The position numbers and the translations under genes are program-made. A DNA stretch of 64,000 nucleotides from a virus, in the IMG/VR virus record IMGVR_UViG_3300043409_001318, positions 120,353-184,352 of that record. One strand, 5' to 3'. The notes beneath the pieces were generated by a model, which worked only from the letters and a program-made list of their open reading frames with translations, ran no database searches and had not been told where the DNA came from. This document shows, piece by piece, positions 29,678 to 37,639 of this stretch. The first letter of the stretch is position 1, and every line of letters begins with the position of its first letter.

Positions 29678-31687
29678 ATGGCAGATCAAAATAAGAATAA
29701 CACTAAGAACATAGACTCAGCTTTATTTAAAAGACTAACAAAGCTTTTGTCTGGTCCTATAGTAAATTATAATCAACCAGTTCAAAGTAGATATAGACGT
29801 AACCAAATGGATAAACTTGGTTCAAAGTTTACTTCTGCTTCTGGTTTAGAGTTTAAGAAAACTGCTTATAATCCTTATGAGAATTTCTCTTCCAAACTTA
29901 TGACAAATCAAAATCGTGCCGAAAGGTATATAGATTTTGACCAAATGGAATACATGCCAGAGATAGCATCTGCCTTAGATATTTACGCAGATGAAATGAC
30001 TACATCAAACGAACTTACTCCCTTAATGAGTATCAAATGTCCTAACGAAGAAATTAAAACAATTCTTCAAACACTTTATATTAAAACACTTAACTTAGAC
30101 GCTAACTTGTTTAATTGGTGTAGAAATATGTGTAAGTATGGAGATCACTTTGTTTATCTTGATATTGATGAACATTTAGGTATTAAATCTGCTATTGGTC
30201 TTCCATCAAATCAAGTTGAAAGAATGGAAGGTAAAGATCCAACCAATCCAAATTATGTTCAATTTCAATGGAACTCCGCTGGTATGACGTTTGAGAATTG
30301 GCAAGTAGCACACTTCCGTATTCTTGGAAATGATAAACATTCTCCATATGGAACTTCTGTTTTAGACTCGTCAAGAAGAATTTGGAGACAACTTACTTTG
30401 CTTGAAGATGCGATGATGGCTTATCGTATTACAAGATCTCCAGAACGTAAAGTATTTTATATTGACGTTGGAAATATTCCTCCACAAGAAATCGAACAGT
30501 TCATGCAAAGAGCCATGACTACGATGAAAAGAAATCAAATTTTAGATGCTACAACTGGTCGCGTTGATCTTCGCTATAATCCTATGTCCGTTGACGAGGA
30601 TTATTTTATTCCTGTTCGTGGTGGAGTAAATAATAATAAAATTGAAGCACTTCCCGGTGGTCAATTTGCTTCTGCTATTGAGGACGTAAAATATTTAAGA
30701 GACAAATTATTTGCTGCTCTTAAAGTTCCTATGTCTTATCTTATTAGAGGAGATGGAGCAAGTGAAGATAAAGCAACATTAGCACAAAAAGATGTTCGCT
30801 TTGCAAGAACCGTTCAAAGATTACAAAGAGTAGTTGTTGGAGAATTAGAAAAGATTGGTATAGTCCATTTGTTTACACTTGGATACAGAGGATCAGATTT
30901 AATTTCATTTAAACTTTCTCTTAACAATCCATCAAAGATTGCAGCACTACAAGAACTTGAACATTGGAAAACTAAATTTGATGTTGCTGGTTCAGCTACC
31001 GAAGGGTATTTCTCTAAACGTTGGATTGCTCACAATATATTTGGTATCTCCGATGAAGAATTCCTCCGTATCCAAAGAGAACAATTCTATGATCGTAAAT
31101 TCACAGCTACACTTGAAGCAGCAGGAGCACAACCACAAGGAGGTGGCGGCGGCGGTGGTGGAGGTGGCCTTGGAGGCGGCTTAGGTGGTGGACCAGAAGA
31201 AATGCCACCAGATACAAGCCCAGAAGGAGGCCCACCAGAAGCCCCAGAAGGTGGAGGAGCACCAGAAGGTGGAGTAGGAGGCGCAGAAGCCCCAGAAGCC
31301 CCACCAGCAGCAGGAGACGAGGGAGGAAGCACATTATTAGCAGCACCCCCCGGTAAAAGAAGAGATACGGCAGGAAAAGTAATAACAACAACTCCAGCTT
31401 CAAAAGGAAAATGGTATGAACCAGTTTTCAATAGAGGCGACGATAAAAGGAATATTGGAGCAAGAGCCAGAGGGTTTAAAGCTTCTGGTGGAGGTTTCAC
31501 AGCAAGTCCAAGTGTTAAAAACATTTTCCCCGGTCTACAAGATATTAAATCTTTAGCAAATGCAGCAGGTATTAGTGAAACTTCGCAAGAAAGATACACA
31601 GATGAAGAATACGAACTATTTACATTAGAAAAAGAAACTAGAGTTCTTTTAGAAAGTCTGGAGATAAAAAAGAATGCAAAAGCTTAA
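29678..31687 (+). CDS. gp20: Portal protein (T4 gp20-like) with a Gly/Pro-rich C-terminal extension
   Basis: LLEDAMMAYRITRSPERKVFYIDVGN, EDYFIPVRGG, IEDVKYLRDKLFAALKVP. Confidence 0.95.
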   Translation: MADQNKNNTKNIDSALFKRLTKLLSGPIVNYNQPVQSRYRRNQMDKLGSKFTSASGLEFKKTAYNPYENFSSKLMTNQNRAERYIDFDQMEYMPEIASALDIYADEMTTSNELTPLMSIKCPNEEIKTILQTLYIKTLNLDANLFNWCRNMCKYGDHFVYLDIDEHLGIKSAIGLPSNQVERMEGKDPTNPNYVQFQWNSAGMTFENWQVAHFRILGNDKHSPYGTSVLDSSRRIWRQLTLLEDAMMAYRITRSPERKVFYIDVGNIPPQEIEQFMQRAMTTMKRNQILDATTGRVDLRYNPMSVDEDYFIPVRGGVNNNKIEALPGGQFASAIEDVKYLRDKLFAALKVPMSYLIRGDGASEDKATLAQKDVRFARTVQRLQRVVVGELEKIGIVHLFTLGYRGSDLISFKLSLNNPSKIAALQELEHWKTKFDVAGSATEGYFSKRWIAHNIFGISDEEFLRIQREQFYDRKFTATLEAAGAQPQGGGGGGGGGGLGGGLGGGPEEMPPDTSPEGGPPEAPEGGGAPEGGVGGAEAPEAPPAAGDEGGSTLLAAPPGKRRDTAGKVITTTPASKGKWYEPVFNRGDDKRNIGARARGFKASGGGFTASPSVKNIFPGLQDIKSLANAAGISETSQERYTDEEYELFTLEKETRVLLESLEIKKNAKA

Positions 31688-32477
31688 ACTCAAACACAAT
31701 AAGAAAAGAAACACAGCTTTTCTTTTTGAGTCATTAACAAAAGAATTAACAAAGACAATCGTAAATAAAGACGAGAAAACAAAACAAATTATTTTATCTG
31801 TTATTAAAGAACATTTTAAAAAAGGTTCAATACTATCAAAAGAATTAGATGTTTATAAATCTCTTTATGAAACAAGAGGTCTTAATAAAGATACAGCCAA
31901 TAGAATGTTGAATGAAGCAAAAAGAATGTATGCTACTTTTATGCCTCAAGATATTTTTAATCAACAAACCAGAATTATAAATGATGTAAATAAAAAAGTA
32001 AATGCTTCTGTCTTTACAAACTTTATGTCTAATTACAAAGACTTAGCAACAATAGCTCAAATCTTTGATAACGAAATTCCTATGAAGACAAGAGTTATAT
32101 TAGAAGAATATTTAATTGATAGATTGTCAACCCAAGATGATCCACAAAATAATCTTAAACCAATTGATAGTCTTGTATATAAAGAATTCGTCAAGAAGTT
32201 TAACGATAAGTATGGTGCTTCTTTAATGGAAGAACAAAAACAACTTCTTACAAAATATATTGCTTCATATTCAAACGACGATATTGATTTCAAAGTTTAT
32301 CTTAATGAAGAAATTGGAAGAATAAAACAAATTGTTATTTCATCCAAACAAATCACAGAAAGTAAACAAAGAGAAGGGTTGGTTAATATTTTAGAGTCAT
32401 TTAGAACAAATCAAATAACTCCAGCCATGATTGAAAAAGTTTTGAAACTACAACAATTAGTTAAGGAACTTGTTTAA
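31674..32477 (+). CDS. Hypothetical helical protein in the head module
   Basis: KHNKKRNTAFLFE N-terminus; between portal and protease. Confidence 0.6.
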   Translation: MQKLKLKHNKKRNTAFLFESLTKELTKTIVNKDEKTKQIILSVIKEHFKKGSILSKELDVYKSLYETRGLNKDTANRMLNEAKRMYATFMPQDIFNQQTRIINDVNKKVNASVFTNFMSNYKDLATIAQIFDNEIPMKTRVILEEYLIDRLSTQDDPQNNLKPIDSLVYKEFVKKFNDKYGASLMEEQKQLLTKYIASYSNDDIDFKVYLNEEIGRIKQIVISSKQITESKQREGLVNILESFRTNQITPAMIEKVLKLQQLVKELV

Positions 32478-33052
32478 TGTCAATAAAGATTAAAGTTAAA
32501 GACGATAGCATGAAAGGAATTGGGGAACCAGAAATCCCCAAGACCAAAGTTCGTCTTGATATAAGAAAAACCTTAGATGGTAATTTTATCATCCAAGATC
32601 ATCCTTATATTGATATTATAATATCTCCATCAAAAAATAAAATTTTAGCCTTATCTACTATTGCGATGGATGATAAAGTATATTATACTCAAAATAAATA
32701 CTTTGACTTTCTTTACAAGCGTGGAGTAATAGATCCATCAACAATTCAAGCTGGAAATATTTATGCCTCAATGGAAGCTGCTATCCCTCAAACAACAGAG
32801 AAAGTAGATCCTATTGAAGTTATTATATTTTCAACTGCTTTGTTTATAGATAAAGAAAGACCTTCGTTTGAATATGAGAAGGCTATGAGAAAAATGCAAG
32901 ACGATTATCTTACTGACCCAAGTGATCAAGACACAACTGAACTTGGAGAAGTGCCACAGAAAGCTCGTCAAGGTTCAATTGGAACTGCTGCTTACTCTCT
33001 TAATAAACATTACAATATCGCTTATTTAGGCGAAAGGAAAGACAAAAAATGA
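32477..33052 (+). CDS. Hypothetical protein
   Basis: TAATG coupling; normal codon usage. Confidence 0.6.
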   Translation: MSIKIKVKDDSMKGIGEPEIPKTKVRLDIRKTLDGNFIIQDHPYIDIIISPSKNKILALSTIAMDDKVYYTQNKYFDFLYKRGVIDPSTIQAGNIYASMEAAIPQTTEKVDPIEVIIFSTALFIDKERPSFEYEKAMRKMQDDYLTDPSDQDTTELGEVPQKARQGSIGTAAYSLNKHYNIAYLGERKDKK

Positions 33053-33294
33053 AACTCACAGAAAATTATTTAAGAAATATGATCAAACAAGTTATTAAGG
33101 AAATGGATTATGGTACGTTACCAACGAACCCTACGTCTAACTTTAAGGAAGAGCCAGTTGATACTGATCTTCTTTCTTCATTAGAAGACCAAGGATATAA
33201 AGTTAGAGAAATGGGTAATGGTAGTTATGAAATTATACATCCAACAGATTCATTTAAAAGTTATATTTTACAGCCAAAACTTAATAGAATGTAA
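33049..33294 (+). CDS. Small protein with leader motif (MKLTENYLRNMIKQVIKE)
   Basis: ATGA overlap with the upstream stop; AAGGA upstream. Confidence 0.55.
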   Translation: MKLTENYLRNMIKQVIKEMDYGTLPTNPTSNFKEEPVDTDLLSSLEDQGYKVREMGNGSYEIIHPTDSFKSYILQPKLNRM

Positions 33295-33300
33295 TTAATA

Positions 33301-33612
33301 ATGTTCCTCCCATACTTCATACTAATTTGTTATGGTTTAACCAATATCCTTGTTTATGGTTCTATATTTAATTGTATAAGACCAAAACAAGGATTATTGG
33401 GAGAACTATTCAAATGTCCTATGTGTATGGGATTTCATGTTGGATATATAATTGCTCTATTATTAAATGCTTCTGATCTATTTAGTATATCAATCAACAT
33501 AATCGATATGTTTATGTTGGCTTGTCTTTCATCGGGGACTTCTTATGTTCTTTGTTCATTATTCACGGATTTTGGAATTAATTTCAATATCAACAAGCAA
33601 GATAACAAATAA
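33301..33612 (+). CDS. DUF1360-like membrane protein
   Basis: Hydrophobic helices around LGELFKCPMCMGFH (CxxC). Confidence 0.55.
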   Translation: MFLPYFILICYGLTNILVYGSIFNCIRPKQGLLGELFKCPMCMGFHVGYIIALLLNASDLFSISINIIDMFMLACLSSGTSYVLCSLFTDFGINFNINKQDNK

Positions 33613-33642
33613 GTAAACTAATTAAAATAGTCGGAGATAATT

Positions 33643-33732
33643 ATGAAAGTTAATTTAACACAAAGCTTTTGGACTCGTAAGTGGGCTCTACAACCAGTTC
33701 GTCTGTGTTGCAGGGGCAAGCCGAAAGGTTAG
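33643..33732 (+). CDS. Small 29-aa ORF not in the track: MKVNLTQSFWTRKWALQPVRLCCRGKPKG
   Basis: GGAG SD at 33633-36; ACTAATTA motif at 33617-24; fills the gap before the protease. Confidence 0.6.
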   Translation: MKVNLTQSFWTRKWALQPVRLCCRGKPKG

Positions 33733-33744
33733 GAAAACATATAA

Positions 33745-34338
33745 ATGAATAAAACGTTATTAAGAGAATTTTTTGAATTATGCCCCGATGGAATCTGCGA
33801 AGACATACTTACAGAGTCCGATAAACACTTTATTAAAAGTGGTGGTATGATGTTGTCTGGTGTAATCCAAAGAGCAGATGCAAGAAATGGAAATGGAAGA
33901 ATTTATCCTCATTCTGTTTTATCGAGAGAAATGGATACATACAAACAACTTGTTCAAGAAAGAAGAGCACTTGGAGAATTAGATCACCCAGATCAATCAA
34001 TAATTAATCTTAAAAATGTTTCCCATCTTGTCACAGAAGTATGGTGGAGTGGAAAAGATGTAATGGGAAAGATCCAAGTTCTTAACACCCCATCTGGTCA
34101 AGTATTAAGAGAATTAGTTAACGCTAATGTTAAAATTGGTATATCTTCAAGAGGTACAGGTTCTGTTAGAGAAAACAGAGGCGAAACTATTGTTGAAGAT
34201 GATTTCCAATTAATTTGTTTTGATATTGTTTCGGAGCCTTCTACTCATGGAGCCTTTATGTTTCAAGAGAGAAAAGGAAATGTAAACGAAAATAAACAAG
34301 CAAGAGTTTCAAATCTTATCAAAGATATTTTAAAATAA
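33745..34338 (+). CDS. gp21: Prohead core protease (T4 gp21-like)
   Basis: NGNGRIYP, ALGELDHP (His), GISSRGTGS (Ser), FDIVSEPST. Confidence 0.95.
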   Translation: MNKTLLREFFELCPDGICEDILTESDKHFIKSGGMMLSGVIQRADARNGNGRIYPHSVLSREMDTYKQLVQERRALGELDHPDQSIINLKNVSHLVTEVWWSGKDVMGKIQVLNTPSGQVLRELVNANVKIGISSRGTGSVRENRGETIVEDDFQLICFDIVSEPSTHGAFMFQERKGNVNENKQARVSNLIKDILK

Positions 34339-34352
34339 AAGGAGTTTTATAA

Positions 34353-34685
34353 ATGCAACTTACAACACAACGTCTCAAGCAAATCATCAAAGAAGAACTT
34401 GAAGCAATCGTCTCGGAAATGAGCGACGAAACAGAAACAGAACTTACAGCAGAAGAAGAAAAAGTAGCTTCACTTGAACAACAACTTGCAGAAGCCAAAA
34501 AGAAAGTTGAAATGGAAAAGAAAGGTGGCAAAGAAACTGCTATGAAAGGTAAACAAGCTGCTATGAAAGGTAAAAGCGCACCAGTAGGCAAAAGAGGAAC
34601 AGCCCCCGCTGCCACACCTATGAAAGCAAATAATGTTGGCAACCTTTATGGCAAGGGCGCAACAAAAATGTCTACAAAAAAGTGA
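34353..34685 (+). CDS. Small head-core protein with KQIIKEE leader and Lys/Ala-rich tail
   Basis: AAGGAG SD; MQLTTQRLKQIIKEEL; tail GKETAMKGKQAAMKGK. Confidence 0.65.
   Translation: MQLTTQRLKQIIKEELEAIVSEMSDETETELTAEEEKVASLEQQLAEAKKKVEMEKKGGKETAMKGKQAAMKGKSAPVGKRGTAPAATPMKANNVGNLYGKGATKMSTKK
34537..34574 (+). repeat. 17-bp direct repeat CTGCTATGAAAGGTAAA, 21-nt period
   Basis: Copies at 34537-53 and 34558-74, each encoding AMKGK. Confidence 0.85.
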
Positions 34686-34693
34686 AATAAATT

Positions 34694-34713
34694 AAACCTT
34701 AATTGAGGTTTTT
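34694..34713 (+). terminator. Putative intrinsic terminator
   Basis: AAACCTT-AATT-GAGGTTT followed by TT. Confidence 0.45.
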
Positions 34714-34775
34714 GAATATGAGGTGGTGTATTTACTTACATCACCTCTATTTATATTTAAAAGGAAATCTTGTTT

Positions 34776-35540
34776 ATGAATGTTAATGAAACTAAAGTTA
34801 GACAAATAATCAAAGAAGAACTAAAACAATATTTAATTGAAGAAGGTTTTTTTGATACCATAAAAAGTTTTGGTAAAAAAGTATTTGGTGGAGAACAAAA
34901 GAAAGGCAGAGACGAAACTGACAGACCAAGTTCACAACAAGTACAATCAGTTAGAGCAAATTATGCGAAAGACGTTCAAAGTTATAAATATGGATTTCCT
35001 ATAAAAGCTTTACCAGATTTGGAAAAAGCGTTAACTTATTATAGAACACTATCAAAACGTGATGAAGCTGGTGCTGTTGAAGCTGTAGCAAAAGTTATGA
35101 TGCATCTTCAAAGAAGTTTGGTTAAGAAAAAATCTTTGAATGATTTGGCTAATGGAGAAATTCAATCATACCAAACATTTATAAAAGATATAGAAGATCA
35201 TATTAAACAACCATCACTTGAACTAAATGAAAATCTATCTTCCGATAAAGCTATTGATACTGCACTTGTAATACCAAATAATATTGTTTCACAAGTATTA
35301 GTAGGATTACAAGATTTTATATTTGATGAATTATCAGACAAATATGATTTTAATGAAATATTTAATAAAGAACGAATAAGACAAGAATTTCAAGCATTAA
35401 AAAATGAAGTTAATAGTTCTGCCCCAAAAAAACAACAACAATCAAAACCAGCTTCGCAAACAAGTGCCGAAGAAGGTTTTACAGATACTTATTTAGAAGA
35501 AATTAGACGTAAGAGAGCGAAATGGATAAAAATGATTTAA
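34776..35540 (+). CDS. Hypothetical protein with leader (VRQIIKEEL...LIE)
   Basis: Leader followed by amphipathic EGFFDTIKSFGKKVFGG; ATG at 34776 chosen over TTG at 34770. Confidence 0.6.
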   Translation: MNVNETKVRQIIKEELKQYLIEEGFFDTIKSFGKKVFGGEQKKGRDETDRPSSQQVQSVRANYAKDVQSYKYGFPIKALPDLEKALTYYRTLSKRDEAGAVEAVAKVMMHLQRSLVKKKSLNDLANGEIQSYQTFIKDIEDHIKQPSLELNENLSSDKAIDTALVIPNNIVSQVLVGLQDFIFDELSDKYDFNEIFNKERIRQEFQALKNEVNSSAPKKQQQSKPASQTSAEEGFTDTYLEEIRRKRAKWIKMI

Positions 35541-35944
35541 AGAAAATTTTAAAACCTCTTGTTAAAGCCTTAGTAAAAGAAGCGATGCAAGAGGAATTAT
35601 CCACAGTAATAAGTGAGATAATAAAACAAACAGCAGGATCATCACAAATAGTTGAAAGAAAACAACCAACTATCGATCCAAGATTACAACAAGAAAGAAC
35701 GATTGCTAAACAACAAGCACAAAGCGAAAGAAAGAAGATGCTTGAAGAATTAAGCAAAAAGTCTTATGGTGGTATAAATATATTTGAAGGAACAACTCCA
35801 TTAGGAAAAGGTGGAGATTTAACAGAAGGCAGATCGTTAACACCATCAGCAGGAGAACCCTTGTCTGGTGTAGACCCACATGATCCGGGTGTTGATATTG
35901 GTGGCCTTCTTAAACTTACTGGTGGTTGGAGACAAATTAAATGA
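35522..35944 (+). CDS. Hypothetical protein with a leader-like N-terminus (LKKILKPLVKALVKE)
   Basis: Overlaps both neighbours; C-terminal DPGVDIGGLL. Confidence 0.6.
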   Translation: MDKNDLKKILKPLVKALVKEAMQEELSTVISEIIKQTAGSSQIVERKQPTIDPRLQQERTIAKQQAQSERKKMLEELSKKSYGGINIFEGTTPLGKGGDLTEGRSLTPSAGEPLSGVDPHDPGVDIGGLLKLTGGWRQIK

Positions 35945-36936
35945 AAAGAATAACAGAGCAACAAATTAGAAAAGTTATAAGAGAAGAAATTAAATCTTAT
36001 CTTTTGGAACAAGAAGAACCAAAAAAAGATGATAAACCAAAATCTAAATTTAGAAAAATTATAACTTCTACAGCAGTTGCTTTGTTAGGATTTTTAGCTG
36101 GAACTTCCTATAACCCAGAAGTGCAAGCAGTAATACCAGCACCAATAGAAGACATTGGTAGTGATGGTGGTAGTGGTGGAGGTGGTAGTGGTAGTGGTAG
36201 TGGTCTGGAGGAACTATCAAATCTTATTGAACTTACTACGGAAGAATTAATAAAGTTAGGCGCAACAGAACAATACGCACAAAGTTTAATTTCTAGAACT
36301 GTTGAATATGGAAATATAGAATTTGAAAGGTATGTTACAAAAAAAGGTATTAAGGATCGAGACAGAGCAGAACAATATGAATCATTTATGTTATCTAGGT
36401 TTTCTGCTTTACAAAATCCAGAAGCACTTTCAAAAGTAGCATCACAAGATTTCTTACAACAAGCGCAATCAGTTGGTACACATCGCATTATGGCTACACA
36501 GATAAAACCAGTAACTAGAGAAACGAAGGTTGGAACACCTATTCCATCTTATTCTTTACAAGTTGCTTTTGCTTATGAAATGTTAACTATTGTTGAAGAA
36601 GAAGATAAATTACCAAAAGAAACACCAAAGGTATACACTCAAATGATTGTTGATTCTTTTAATAAAGAAACAAATTCTTATGTAATAATACCAACTATTC
36701 TTCCATTTTTCCAACAAGTAGCAAAAGAGGGTTCTCCATTCCAAAAAGCCATATTAGATGTAATACCACAAGTAAAAGTCGATGCTTCTATATTTGAAGA
36801 AGAACAAAATAATAATGTTATGGAAAAAATAAACAAAGGATTAGGTGCTACAGTTAGAAATAAAAAATCAGTAGAAGAAAATAAAGTTAATAAATTAAGA
36901 CAAAAAATAAACGAATTGAGAGGTGTTTATGTCTAA
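35941..36936 (+). CDS. Hypothetical protein: leader, internal hydrophobic segment and GS linker
   Basis: MKRITEQQIRKVIREEI...LLE; KFRKIITSTAVALLGFLAG; GSDGGSGGGGSGSGSG. Confidence 0.6.
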   Translation: MKRITEQQIRKVIREEIKSYLLEQEEPKKDDKPKSKFRKIITSTAVALLGFLAGTSYNPEVQAVIPAPIEDIGSDGGSGGGGSGSGSGLEELSNLIELTTEELIKLGATEQYAQSLISRTVEYGNIEFERYVTKKGIKDRDRAEQYESFMLSRFSALQNPEALSKVASQDFLQQAQSVGTHRIMATQIKPVTRETKVGTPIPSYSLQVAFAYEMLTIVEEEDKLPKETPKVYTQMIVDSFNKETNSYVIIPTILPFFQQVAKEGSPFQKAILDVIPQVKVDASIFEEEQNNNVMEKINKGLGATVRNKKSVEENKVNKLRQKINELRGVYV

Positions 36937-37210
36937 AAGTAAGAATCTTCACGCAAAAGTAATCCCAAAGAAGGGAGAACCTTTTGAAAGAATGGTAAAG
37001 AGATTTTTAAAGAAAGTAAAAAAAGAACAAGTTATAGAACAAGTTAAAGATAGAAGATATTATGAAAAACCATCTGTTACCAAAAAGAAAGAAAAACTTG
37101 CTGGAATTGCTAGATGGAAAAAGTTTGAAGCAGATAAAAGAAAGAAAGAAACATTAAAAGAAGCTAATTATAATAAACGTGTAGATAACAATAAAAGAAG
37201 GGAAGATTAA
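36929..37210 (+). CDS. rpsU: Ribosomal protein bS21
   Basis: VIPKKGEPFERMVKRFLKKVKKEQVIEQVKDRRYYEKPSVTKK is the bS21 pattern; GAGAGGTG SD before ATG at 36929. Confidence 0.88.
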   Translation: MSKSKNLHAKVIPKKGEPFERMVKRFLKKVKKEQVIEQVKDRRYYEKPSVTKKKEKLAGIARWKKFEADKRKKETLKEANYNKRVDNNKRRED

Positions 37211-37212
37211 AA

Positions 37213-37638
37213 ATGTCACAACAATATCCTTATGGTGTTGGATTACAGAATGTAGGTTCTTATCAAGTATCTGGTATACCATTTTTAACCGGTTCGATAC
37301 AAGTAGTTAAAGATGCTGCACCAATAGAAATATCTTTTCCACAAGTTACTAAAAGAATAGTAGTAGGTTGTAAAAATGGAAGTAACGATGTTAGAGTTGG
37401 TTTCTCTAGTAATGGAGTAAGTAATGGTAATTTCTTTTCACTTTCTGCTGGTACAACCGCAGCCTCAAGATTAACTCTGGATGTTAAAGTTTCAAGTATT
37501 TGGTTATTTTGTAATGTTGGTTCTACTACTTCAGTAGTAGATGTTTCAGCAGAACTTACAAATATAGATACTAATTTATTATTGCGATCTGGTCCAACTG
37601 GTTTACCAAATTGGTCTGGTTCAGTAGGGGTAGGATAA
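37213..37638 (+). CDS. Virion structural protein (beta-rich)
   Basis: GLQNVGSYQVSGIPFLTGS; Ser/Val-rich; structural context. Confidence 0.55.
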   Translation: MSQQYPYGVGLQNVGSYQVSGIPFLTGSIQVVKDAAPIEISFPQVTKRIVVGCKNGSNDVRVGFSSNGVSNGNFFSLSAGTTAASRLTLDVKVSSIWLFCNVGSTTSVVDVSAELTNIDTNLLLRSGPTGLPNWSGSVGVG

Positions 37639-37639
37639 A

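Noticed and set aside
31087-31599. Minus-strand 170-aa and 98-aa ORFs over the portal tail
   Set aside because: They are shadows of the GC-rich Gly/Pro repeat, which lacks stops on the reverse strand.
33710-33735. GGGCAAGCCGAAAGGT, resembling part of a c-di-GMP-I riboswitch
   Set aside because: Only a 3-bp GNRA hairpin is present; the P1/P2 architecture and receptor are missing, and it lies in a small ORF.
36165-36205. GGTAGT/GGTGGT tandem repeat
   Set aside because: Explained by a Gly-Ser linker in the coding frame.
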